This document shows, one piece after another, positions 18,307 to 26,190 of a DNA stretch of 64,000 bases (positions within the stretch are counted from its first letter, which is position 1; the number at the start of each line of letters is the position of its first letter). The position numbers were made by a program, and so were the translations under genes. The DNA lies in NCBI GenBank assembly GCA_964355175.1, contig CAYHBZ010000002.1, positions 396,537 to 460,536 of the forward strand. The letters are read 5' to 3'. Under the pieces are notes generated by a model. That model had not been told where the DNA came from. It saw only the letters and a list, made by a program, of their open reading frames with translations, and searched no databases. This DNA is from an uncultured Gammaproteobacteria bacterium. GTDB lineage: Bacteria; Patescibacteriota; Patescibacteriia; Magasanikbacterales; GWA2-37-8.

Positions 18307-19122
18307 ATGGCAGACAGCAGCCACAACGTTACTCAGGTCGGCATCACCGTCGGGCCGCCCAACGCCGATCTCGGCAGTGTGGTGGTTCGTCAGGAGGCGG
18401 CCAGGGCGGATCTCAATGAGCGGCGTACGCATCTCAGCTTGGTTGTCAAGCCCTCGGTCGATGATCTGGTCGCGCGGCTGAATGTCGAGCGGCAGGAAGT
18501 CGACCGCATCGGCGCGCTGGTCGATGCGGTAGAGCGCGAACAGGCGAAGAGCGTCAAGCACTTCGAATCGACGCTCGGCGGGCAGGCGCGGCTCTGGAAG
18601 AAGGGTTTCGACGCCCATGAGCGCTCGATCTTCTGGGTCAAGCTCCTCGGCGTCGTCGGCCTGGTCCTGGTCGGTATCGTCCTGGTCCTGAACCTGTCGT
18701 CCTCCTCGGACATCTCCACGGCCAAGTCGGAAGCCATCTCGGCCAAGACCACCGTGGCGGAGTTCAAGAAGGCCACCCAAGGCGAGGTCGTCAAGATCAA
18801 GAAGAGGCTCGATGCCAACAAGCTCGACATGGATCAGCTCAAGGATCAGATCAAGGTCGTCGGGCTCAAGGCTGACAAGAGCGTCGTCACTCGCATGGGC
18901 GAAGAGCTCAAAGAAGCCAACATCGAGCAGGACGGTCGGATCCAGGACATCGCCACCGCGATCATGGGCAAGGCCGACATAGCCGATCTCAAGAGCGTGA
19001 GGAGCGCAGTCGCGCAGGTTCGCCGGGCCAACGGCAAGGTGAACACGAAGATGACCAGGCTCGAAGCTCAGGTCCTGGAGCTCAAGGCCCAACTCCAGGC
19101 CCAACAGCCCAAGACCATGTAG
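18307..19122 (+). CDS. GC-rich cassette D: bitopic membrane protein with extracytoplasmic coiled coil, no recognised family
   Basis: AGGAGA 6 nt before ATG 18307; TM WVKLLGVVGLVLVGIVLVLNL; heptad-like K/D/L-rich C-terminal half; GC3-biased frame. Confidence 0.65.
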   Translation: MADSSHNVTQVGITVGPPNADLGSVVVRQEAARADLNERRTHLSLVVKPSVDDLVARLNVERQEVDRIGALVDAVEREQAKSVKHFESTLGGQARLWKKGFDAHERSIFWVKLLGVVGLVLVGIVLVLNLSSSSDISTAKSEAISAKTTVAEFKKATQGEVVKIKKRLDANKLDMDQLKDQIKVVGLKADKSVVTRMGEELKEANIEQDGRIQDIATAIMGKADIADLKSVRSAVAQVRRANGKVNTKMTRLEAQVLELKAQLQAQQPKTM

Positions 19123-19185
19123 TCCGTTCCCGATCTGTTCGGGCACTTGTAGTTTAGCCTTGATTTCTGAAGGCAAAAGCTCGGT

Positions 19186-19300
19186 GAGGACGCAAAATCC
19201 CCCCAAGGGTGTGTCGTTTACTCGACACTACCTGCTTAGTTCGCAAAAAATTGTTTGCTGAGCAGAATAAAAAATCCGCTATTATGGTGGATTTTTTAAT
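19186..19300 (+). repeat. 3' repeat R1, copy 1 (three hairpins, the last a terminator)
   Basis: About 80% identical to 20118-20238; bulged hairpin GGTGTGTCG-TTTACT-CGACACTACC; ends AAAAAATCCGC...GGTGGATTTTTT. Confidence 0.6.
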
Positions 19301-19330
19301 CTAAAATATGCTGTTTTTAGGTCAGTAGTA

Positions 19331-19359
19331 TTGACAAAGTAGGATTTTTATGTTTTAAT
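19331..19359 (+). promoter_or_regulatory. sigma70-like promoter of cassette E
   Basis: TTGACA, 17-nt spacer, TTTAAT. Confidence 0.55.
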
Positions 19360-19504
19360 AGTTCATTAGATTGTTCTTTTTAATCAATTCGCGCGACAAT
19401 TATAAATTAAAATTTTTCAATTTATAATCGTCGTGCGAATTTCAGTTTATCAATGACGGCCAGTCGGAGGTTCCGATTGGTTCAGCTCTTTCTGCGAGGT
19501 GAGC

Positions 19505-20074
19505 ATGGTTGATTTCAATCCCCCGGATCCAGTGGATCCAGAGAAGAAAAAGAAGCCTTCGTCGGCTGTGGAGACAGACCACAATTGGGAAGCCTGGGCC
19601 AACGATAATTCGGTCGATGACGGCAGTCATCCTCTGCCTGGTGAAGCCGAATACGTCGGACGGTCCGACCTTCCCATGACACGGGCACAGAAAGAGCGCA
19701 TCGCCGCGATCGTAGTCGGTACGGCCTTCCTGGTGTTGGTTTTCTTTGTCATCAATTTCGCTATCGGCAACAAGCTCAAGCATTCTGAAGCGGCCTCGTC
19801 CAACGAGGCTGGCAAGCAGAGCGCTCAGGCAAGTGCCGAAGTAGAATTGAAGGCAGAAGAAGCCGCCTCAGAGCAGGATCATACGGTCTCGCTGCCGGAT
19901 CACGCTTCGCAGGAAGATGATCTGGACGATGCTCGCGCGACCATCAAGGTCGTCGGTTTGGAGAAACGGCGCGTTCGAGATCCAGAGATGGAGCGGATCG
20001 CCGCAACCATCAAGATCGTGCCACTGCGTGTCAGTCCTGTCGCGGTACCGCTTCCAGCGGCCGCTACTCAGTAG
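19505..20074 (+). CDS. GC-rich cassette E: bitopic membrane protein with acidic C-terminal region, no recognised family
   Basis: GAGGTG just before ATG 19505; TM IAAIVVGTAFLVLVFFVINFAIG preceded by RAQKER; GC3-biased frame. Confidence 0.6.
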   Translation: MVDFNPPDPVDPEKKKKPSSAVETDHNWEAWANDNSVDDGSHPLPGEAEYVGRSDLPMTRAQKERIAAIVVGTAFLVLVFFVINFAIGNKLKHSEAASSNEAGKQSAQASAEVELKAEEAASEQDHTVSLPDHASQEDDLDDARATIKVVGLEKRRVRDPEMERIAATIKIVPLRVSPVAVPLPAAATQ

Positions 20075-20117
20075 TAGTCAAACATACTTTGAACCTAAAA
20101 GTGTGTGAGACTCCTGA

Positions 20118-20238
20118 ACAGGACAAAAAATCCCCAAAAGGGTGTGCCGACTGAAAAGTCGGCACTACCTGCTTAATCAATAAAACATTGTTTATTGAGC
20201 AGAATAAAAAATTCACTTTGAAAGGTGGATTTTTTAAT
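20118..20238 (+). repeat. 3' repeat R1, copy 2
   Basis: Same three-hairpin layout as 19186-19300; stem 1 differs by paired substitutions (GGTGTGCCGAC / GTCGGCACTACC). Confidence 0.6.
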
Positions 20239-20245
20239 TAGTTTT

Positions 20246-21136
20246 TTATTGTCCGGTAATTAGGCACGCTACCGGTCCGTTAAATTTCCAATTATTTTTT
20301 ATGGCTTGATGTAATCCTGCCACGGCCAAAGCGCTGTTGGGTGAAAGTTTTATTTTTTCTGTTCTAGATGTCAGTTGTATTGCTGAGGTTATTTCTGTAT
20401 TGCCGGCTACCCAACCAAACCCACGATTTTGTTTTAACGCTTTTAGTACGGCTGGTTTTCTGAGTGCGATTTTATCCACTATCGCTGTTGCCAGAGATTC
20501 ATTTTCTATTTCACAGCGTAATTGTGAAAAATTTTGCGCCATTGGATGTACTGATGCGGTCTGTACTATATGTATCTGAATTTTTAATTTTAATTTTTTA
20601 AATCCTTCGTCGAGACCCAGAGCGGTAGTACCAGAAGAAGTCGGCACAAACACCGCGGACAGGTTTTTTATTTTGGATAATTCTTTGGCCAGTTCAAAAT
20701 ATCCAAGTAGAGCGATGTCATCGGTCGATTGACGCAGCCATAGCGCTCGATTATTTTTTTCTAACTGAAAAGCGGATTGTTTGGGTTTTTTTATTTGGGT
20801 CAGAGTGATATTTCTATCCACTAGTTTTTGTAATTTTTTTAGTTTGGCTAAATCTATTTTTTCACCCACAAAGATTTGCAGAGTAATTTTATTTTTACTT
20901 TTCTGGTTCAGTTTTTTGATATAGAACGCGCTGGCGAGAGCCGCGTTGCCGGAAGACGAAACTACAAAATCCTTTGTCCCTGTTTTGAGGTGAGCATCAA
21001 TCATGATTGGCAAAGAGCGGCCCTTGTGTGACAGTAGCGGGTGTAGATCTTCACGCTTAAAATACAGCGGCTGTGAGAGGCCGATGGTCTGGGCTAATTT
21101 GGGATGTTTGGTTTGGGGAGTGAGCATACTTGCCAA
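20246..21136 (-). CDS. PLP-dependent enzyme, Trp-synthase beta-like fold (threonine synthase/cysteine synthase-like)
   Basis: LLSHKGRS (Lys) and VSSSGNAALA motifs typical of PALP-family enzymes. Confidence 0.55.
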   Translation of the reverse strand: MASMLTPQTKHPKLAQTIGLSQPLYFKREDLHPLLSHKGRSLPIMIDAHLKTGTKDFVVSSSGNAALASAFYIKKLNQKSKNKITLQIFVGEKIDLAKLKKLQKLVDRNITLTQIKKPKQSAFQLEKNNRALWLRQSTDDIALLGYFELAKELSKIKNLSAVFVPTSSGTTALGLDEGFKKLKLKIQIHIVQTASVHPMAQNFSQLRCEIENESLATAIVDKIALRKPAVLKALKQNRGFGWVAGNTEITSAIQLTSRTEKIKLSPNSALAVAGLHQAIKNNWKFNGPVACLITGQ

Positions 21137-21193
21137 AAGGCTAATTTTATGGTATGATTATGTTCGTTTCTCTTATATATTAATCTAATCTTT

Positions 21194-21358
21194 ATGTTAC
21201 TAGTTTGTCCAGAATGCAAGAACCAAATTGATTTGGTTTCCTACCCGGATCTAGAAGTGGGTCATGTGGTAGAATGTGAAATGTGTGGAATCACTTTAGA
21301 AGTGAACAATATGGACGGTGATCAGGTACAGGCTGGAATCGTAGACGAAGGTAAATAA
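21194..21358 (+). CDS. LysW-like zinc-ribbon carrier protein (54 aa)
   Basis: MLLVCPECKNQIDL...GHVVECEMCGITLEV...; CxxC...CxxC ribbon plus acidic tail; below the ORF-track length cutoff. Confidence 0.45.
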   Translation: MLLVCPECKNQIDLVSYPDLEVGHVVECEMCGITLEVNNMDGDQVQAGIVDEGK

Positions 21359-21366
21359 ACTTTTGG

Positions 21367-21397
21367 AAATCCCTCGACTTAGTCGGGGGATTTTTTT
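21367..21397 (+). terminator. intrinsic terminator with CGACTTAGTCG core
   Basis: AAATCCCTCGACTTAGTCGGGGGATTTTTTT. Confidence 0.6.
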
Positions 21398-21415
21398 ATT
21401 TACAAACACTCTGTT

Positions 21416-21964
21416 TTATTCCGGGAATAATATTTTTTTGAATTCACCGAGTTTTTTATCCGCCTTTAGTTTGTTCAGATAAAATGATAGCCAATTGCGG
21501 CGCCAATCGCTGGTATAAAATTCCACGAATTCTTCAAAGGACATTTCTACCAATTTTATTTTTTCACCGTTGTCCAATTTTGGTTCGGATACTTTTTCAC
21601 AATCGTGGGCAATATATAGGTGCATATCCCAATCCATTTTTACCAAAGGCTGACAGCTATGGAAAAGTTTCCATTTTTTGCTGGCCAGTCCGGACTCTTC
21701 TTTTAATTCTCTTTTAGCGGCTTTGAGTGCCGGTTCATTTTTTTCACAGCGACCGCCTAGCAGTGATAATCCGCGTTTGATACCGGGCTGGGCTTCGTCG
21801 GCCATGATTATTTTATTACCTTTGATAGGAATTACTTGTACCGTATCCACTCGGCTAATCATTTCAAAAGTGGCGGTAGAGCCGTCAAACATTTTTTGCG
21901 GCCATTGGTAAATATCAAATATTTCTCCGGAAAATACCTTTTTGGCTTTTTTAGGTAACTTCAT
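21416..21964 (-). CDS. NUDIX hydrolase
   Basis: Nudix box GGRCEKNEPALKAAKRELKEESGL. Confidence 0.8.
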   Translation of the reverse strand: MKLPKKAKKVFSGEIFDIYQWPQKMFDGSTATFEMISRVDTVQVIPIKGNKIIMADEAQPGIKRGLSLLGGRCEKNEPALKAAKRELKEESGLASKKWKLFHSCQPLVKMDWDMHLYIAHDCEKVSEPKLDNGEKIKLVEMSFEEFVEFYTSDWRRNWLSFYLNKLKADKKLGEFKKILFPE

Positions 21965-21969
21965 AAAAT

Positions 21970-23331
21970 TTATTTTATAACTTCTTCAATCATTCCGCGG
22001 AAACTATGACTGCCCATAAAGACGACAGCGTCATCTGGGCCAGGATTAGTTCTCAGGTAGTTTACCAGATCGGCATCATTTTCTATATAGCGCGTGTTGG
22101 TGTGGGTTTTGGCAATTATTTCGGCTAGTCCTGGTCCGTCTATGCTGCCTGGAGTTTTTACGGTGGTGAGGCGGGGGATTATTACTTCGTCGGCGCCATT
22201 AAAATGATTATCATATTCCGGAAAAGATTCGCTTTGGCGATTGCCGGTGTTGGGCTCAAATACGGCAAAAACTTTCCCTGGATAAATATTTTTGAGATTA
22301 TTTAAAATGGCTTGGGCCTTGGCGGGTGAGTGGGCAATATCATCATAGACATCCGCACTGTTTACAGTGGCGCCGCGTTTTTCTAGGCGTCGCTTTATTC
22401 CTTTAAAATTTTTAATTGCTTCAATGATGCGTTTTGGCTCTACTCCTAGTTCTTTGGCCATGATAAAAACCCCACAAATATTTTTAGCTGTAAAATCTCC
22501 CAGCATTGGCGAAGATAAATTAAAGTATTCGCCAAAATTTTCAATAGTAAAATCAACACTATTTTTAGTTTGGCTAATGTCTTCGTACATGTAGTTACTG
22601 TCGGTCGCGCCGTATTTTACTACCGGAGCCTTGGCGCCGGAAATTATTTTGCGAATATTTTCTTCGTCAATATTAGCGACTATCAAACCGGTTTCTGGTA
22701 CGGAAGCAATTAATTTTTCAAAGGCCTCTAAATATGATTCTTCGGTGGGGTAGACATCGGCGTGGTCCCATTTGATGCCGGTAAGCAAGAGGTGGGTAGG
22801 TTTGTAGGAAAAAAATTTGGCGCGCAGATCATCGCGACTGGTTTTGTATTCGTCACCTTCAATCACACTATATTCGCCACCCAAATCATCGGCGCTCAGA
22901 TCTAGAGAACTGGAAATCCCACCAAACATATAGGCTGGATCCAAGTTGGCTTCTTTGAGCACATAGGCGAGCATGGCGGTGGTGGTGGTCTTGCCATAAG
23001 TACCGGCACAGACGATAGAATTTTCTCTGATCAGATTTTGAGCGATTAATTCCGGATAAGAAACATGAGGAATGTTGTTCGCCAAAACATATTGCAATTC
23101 TGGATTATTGCTTCCAGCAACATTGCCCACTACTACCAAATCAGGTGTACCCATTTTTTCTGTGTGCCAGCCCGGATAGTATTCAATCTTATGTTCATTG
23201 AGGTGGGTTGAAACCGGCGGATAAAAACCAACATCACTGCCAGTGACTTTCCAACCTTTTTTCTGCCACAAAATCGCCAAGGCACTCATCCCAACTCCGC
23301 AGATACCGATAAAGTGTATGTGTTTGTTCAT
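21970..23331 (-). CDS. Mur ligase family protein (Mpl/MurC-type)
   Basis: HFIGICGVGMSALA N-terminal Rossmann motif and GTYGKTTTT P-loop. Confidence 0.8.
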   Translation of the reverse strand: MNKHIHFIGICGVGMSALAILWQKKGWKVTGSDVGFYPPVSTHLNEHKIEYYPGWHTEKMGTPDLVVVGNVAGSNNPELQYVLANNIPHVSYPELIAQNLIRENSIVCAGTYGKTTTTAMLAYVLKEANLDPAYMFGGISSSLDLSADDLGGEYSVIEGDEYKTSRDDLRAKFFSYKPTHLLLTGIKWDHADVYPTEESYLEAFEKLIASVPETGLIVANIDEENIRKIISGAKAPVVKYGATDSNYMYEDISQTKNSVDFTIENFGEYFNLSSPMLGDFTAKNICGVFIMAKELGVEPKRIIEAIKNFKGIKRRLEKRGATVNSADVYDDIAHSPAKAQAILNNLKNIYPGKVFAVFEPNTGNRQSESFPEYDNHFNGADEVIIPRLTTVKTPGSIDGPGLAEIIAKTHTNTRYIENDADLVNYLRTNPGPDDAVVFMGSHSFRGMIEEVIK

Positions 23332-23717
23332 AATTCATTTGTTGAGGCCAGTAGTTTTATTTGTTTTTTATAGATTAGTACTGGAACTAATATCACTAGC
23401 ACTGGTGTTGTCAATAAAAATATTATGTATATTATTGCTGGAAAACCTTTTAGATGTACAATGGGTAGTACAGGTAATAAAATTAAATTATACTCAAAAT
23501 TGTTAAATAACGCCTGGCCAAAAGTACATTCGTTTGATTCTTCCTTTCCCCAATCATAACAAGAGTACGTATTATTTTTATTTAAATTAGATAATTTTTG
23601 AGAGTTTTTATTTGGCCAAGAAATTATTAACGCTACTGTAAAAAATATTATTAAAAATGAGGCAAATATTTTATAAATTATAATTTCAGTTGCCGCTAAA
23701 GCCTGTTTGTTTAACAT
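23328..23717 (-). CDS. hypothetical membrane protein
   Basis: 129 aa, two hydrophobic helices; start overlaps upstream stop. Confidence 0.4.
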   Translation of the reverse strand: MLNKQALAATEIIIYKIFASFLIIFFTVALIISWPNKNSQKLSNLNKNNTYSCYDWGKEESNECTFGQALFNNFEYNLILLPVLPIVHLKGFPAIIYIIFLLTTPVLVILVPVLIYKKQIKLLASTNEL

Positions 23718-24127
23718 AAAATTTTGTTTAAATCCCCATTTAAAACAGTCGGTTTCATCGCAATAATCTCTGTTTCGTAATAAGGCATTTTTGGAATTGG
23801 GTTCAAAAGATAAATTGGTTTTTTCAAAATATACGCAAAACCCATTTCTAAAAAACTATTACCGCCAATGTATCCAGGGATGTCGTGTTTTTCAATATTT
23901 AACACCAAAACTTTGTCGCATTTTTCAATTACACTCCAATGTTCGCGCATCGCGTCTTTTTCGTATTTGTGAAACAATTTTAATTTTTCTTGTTCGTCTT
24001 CACTTAGTCCCAAATATTGATTATTGAAACTAGAAGCAAACGCCTCATGTCCGGCGGCACGAAAAAAATCTTCTGCCTCTCGAGCTTTCTGTGCGTGTTG
24101 CATGCTGTGACAAATCGCTATCCTCAT
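23711..24127 (-). CDS. hypothetical protein, possibly nucleoside 2-deoxyribosyltransferase-like fold
   Basis: 138-aa ORF; pattern VLVLN...GYIGGNSFLEMGFAY..KPIYLL; weak recall only. Confidence 0.3.
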   Translation of the reverse strand: MRIAICHSMQHAQKAREAEDFFRAAGHEAFASSFNNQYLGLSEDEQEKLKLFHKYEKDAMREHWSVIEKCDKVLVLNIEKHDIPGYIGGNSFLEMGFAYILKKPIYLLNPIPKMPYYETEIIAMKPTVLNGDLNKILC

Positions 24128-24128
24128 A

Positions 24129-24830
24129 TTATTTCAACTCTTTCTTCAGGCTGGCCAAATCCGCATGCCAGCTATTACCATCAAACCACTCCAATCCAGC
24201 AAATTGCAATTTGTAAGTGTCAGTGGGGCGAGAAGCAGAGCCGAGATAAATATATTTTTTATCAGCTTCTTGCGCCAGGACTATAGCTTTGAGCATCATG
24301 CCTAGGCCTAAATTTTGGATTTTGGAATCCAAATGATAAAAAGGATAACAATAATGCAAAGTATTTTTGGTTTCCAGAGCAATACAATATCCAATAGGAT
24401 ATCCGTTGGCATGTTTATCGTCTGAATCTTTGAAAGCAATGTGTTTCAGTATCTTTATAGGAGCAAAATAATTCAGCACCCTGTTAAAATTACTTTTTTC
24501 TTTATCCGTAATCAATTCTTTTATTTTTTGAGCGGAAAAAGTTTTCTCACCAAATTTTCTGGAATAAAAATCTTTGCCAAGTTTGTGGATAGTCCAGTCG
24601 TAGTCAGGATAGGGAATAATACTAGCGCTTATTTCCACGCTCTCCACATGTTTGAGTACCCGGCGATTTTCACTATTCAGTTTAAATTTATCCAAATTAA
24701 TTCTCAAACTACGCGTCTGATACATATCACCCCTGCCAGTACGAGTAAACAAAAATCCCTCATCATAAAGAGTCTCAATATTTTTATCAGAAAAATCGTC
24801 AATGGTTTTTGTCTTCCAAGTCAGGTACAT
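24129..24830 (-). CDS. putative aminoacyl-tRNA-protein transferase (ATE/Bpt-like) / GNAT-fold protein
   Basis: ATG at 24830 chosen because 24841-24872 belongs to a palindromic repeat arm; motif recall is weak. Confidence 0.4.
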   Translation of the reverse strand: MYLTWKTKTIDDFSDKNIETLYDEGFLFTRTGRGDMYQTRSLRINLDKFKLNSENRRVLKHVESVEISASIIPYPDYDWTIHKLGKDFYSRKFGEKTFSAQKIKELITDKEKSNFNRVLNYFAPIKILKHIAFKDSDDKHANGYPIGYCIALETKNTLHYCYPFYHLDSKIQNLGLGMMLKAIVLAQEADKKYIYLGSASRPTDTYKLQFAGLEWFDGNSWHADLASLKKELK

Positions 24831-24840
24831 ATTTATCAGA

Positions 24841-25008
24841 ATTATTAGACGGTATTTTTTTACATTGAACAAGCGAGGAAATAATTTGTGAGCCGTGAGG
24901 CGTGGCTAGCCCTGCTGTTTGAGGAGCCGAGCGACGAGTTCAGGGCTAGAGCCGAGTGGGTTGCAAATTATCCGAGCGGTTCACTGTAAAAAAATACCGT
25001 CTAATAAT
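24841..25008. repeat. palindromic GC-cored intergenic element E1
   Basis: Perfect 24-bp terminal inverted repeat (24841-24864 / 24985-25008); ~100-nt core homologous to 35968-36066. Confidence 0.65.
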
Positions 25009-25028
25009 TCGCAACTATGTAACTGTAA

Positions 25029-26141
25029 CTAGTAAAACACCGCCCAAATCCCCACAACCACCATAAAAGCATGAATAATCCAAAACCGCATCACAATCTT
25101 TTCTTCACTCCACCCCTTAAATTCAAAATGATGGTGCAACGGCGCCATTTTAAACAAGCGTTTTCCCAGCAAGCGGCGTGACATTATTTGTAAAATGACA
25201 ACCGCGGTTTCCAAATAAAAAATAAAACCAAAAAATGGAATGAATAAAGTTTTATCAATCGCGATCATATTTATCGCCAGCAATGCGCCTAATCCGAGCG
25301 ACCCCACATCGCCCATCTGAAAGCGTGCCGGTTTGACATTGAAATAAGTGTAAGCTAAAAGTGCTCCTGCCACCGTGGCATTGAGCGGTGCAAAAGCGGT
25401 GCGGCCTTCAATCCAGCTCACTACGGTAAGACCAACAAAAGTAATAATCAAAGATCCGCCAGCCAAACCATCCAGACCGTCCGCGATATTCACGGCGTTG
25501 GCCGTAAACATTACAAAGAAAATAATCAAAGGAATAATCAGCCAACTGACATCGAGGCGACCATCAAATGGTACGGCCATGGTATGCCAATGATTGTCTA
25601 ATTTAGTGTATACCCACCACGCCGCCACCGCGCCGGCGGCAAATTGTAATAATAATTTTTCATGCACCTGGACACCGCGTCCCGGATGTGAACCGAGGAT
25701 ATGAGCGAATCTTTTAAATACCGCCCATGGCAAAGTGATGATATGCCATAATCTGGTATACCAATGACGATGGACCTTGATCAGGGTAAAAGTTTGAGAA
25801 AGGGTGCGAAGACGACGCTTGGCCCCAAAAGTATTGAGCAGATCATCGGCCGCGCCGAGCAATGCGGCGATACCCATCACGCCTATTGGTACATAGGTAT
25901 ATTTACGACTCCAATTGAAAAGCATGGTGATGGCGGTGACTACTATTATTACCAGCAGCCCGCCCATTATTGGTGTGCCTACTTTTACTTGTCGGTCGCC
26001 ATAGAGAGTGAAATCATATTCAGAGCGACGGGTAATTTTGAATTTATAAAGTAATTTGGTCAGCAAGGGTGCCAACAAAAAAGAGAGGGCGCAAGCCCCG
26101 ATAAAAAACAGTAAAGATGTTTCTAAAAGACTAATAGACAT
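25029..26141 (-). CDS. mraY: phospho-N-acetylmuramoyl-pentapeptide transferase
   Basis: NAVNIADGLDGLAGG and PLHHHFEFKGWSE motifs. Confidence 0.9.
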   Translation of the reverse strand: MSISLLETSLLFFIGACALSFLLAPLLTKLLYKFKITRRSEYDFTLYGDRQVKVGTPIMGGLLVIIVVTAITMLFNWSRKYTYVPIGVMGIAALLGAADDLLNTFGAKRRLRTLSQTFTLIKVHRHWYTRLWHIITLPWAVFKRFAHILGSHPGRGVQVHEKLLLQFAAGAVAAWWVYTKLDNHWHTMAVPFDGRLDVSWLIIPLIIFFVMFTANAVNIADGLDGLAGGSLIITFVGLTVVSWIEGRTAFAPLNATVAGALLAYTYFNVKPARFQMGDVGSLGLGALLAINMIAIDKTLFIPFFGFIFYLETAVVILQIMSRRLLGKRLFKMAPLHHHFEFKGWSEEKIVMRFWIIHAFMVVVGIWAVFY

Positions 26142-26190
26142 GGCTAAATATTAGCTTAAATTCAAGGAAAAATCAAGTTTTTGCGAAAAA

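Noticed and set aside
18232-19206. Antisense ORF 18232..19206 (324 aa) and other shadow ORFs in loci 2-4 (18390..18830 -, 19442..19783 -, 34099..34422 -, 57359..57937 -, 58114..58740 -, 58304..58645 +)
   Set aside because: Same reasoning as above. They oppose or overlap ORFs that have an SD, an ATG, plausible TM or coiled-coil content and the correct GC3 phase.
19186-20238. Integron gene-cassette array, with the R1 bulged hairpins acting as attC sites
   Set aside because: The bulged imperfect hairpin is attC-like in spirit. However, I find no RYYYAAC/GTTRRRY core sites flanking it, no intI integrase and no attI. Each cassette also has its own promoter, unlike promoterless integron cassettes.
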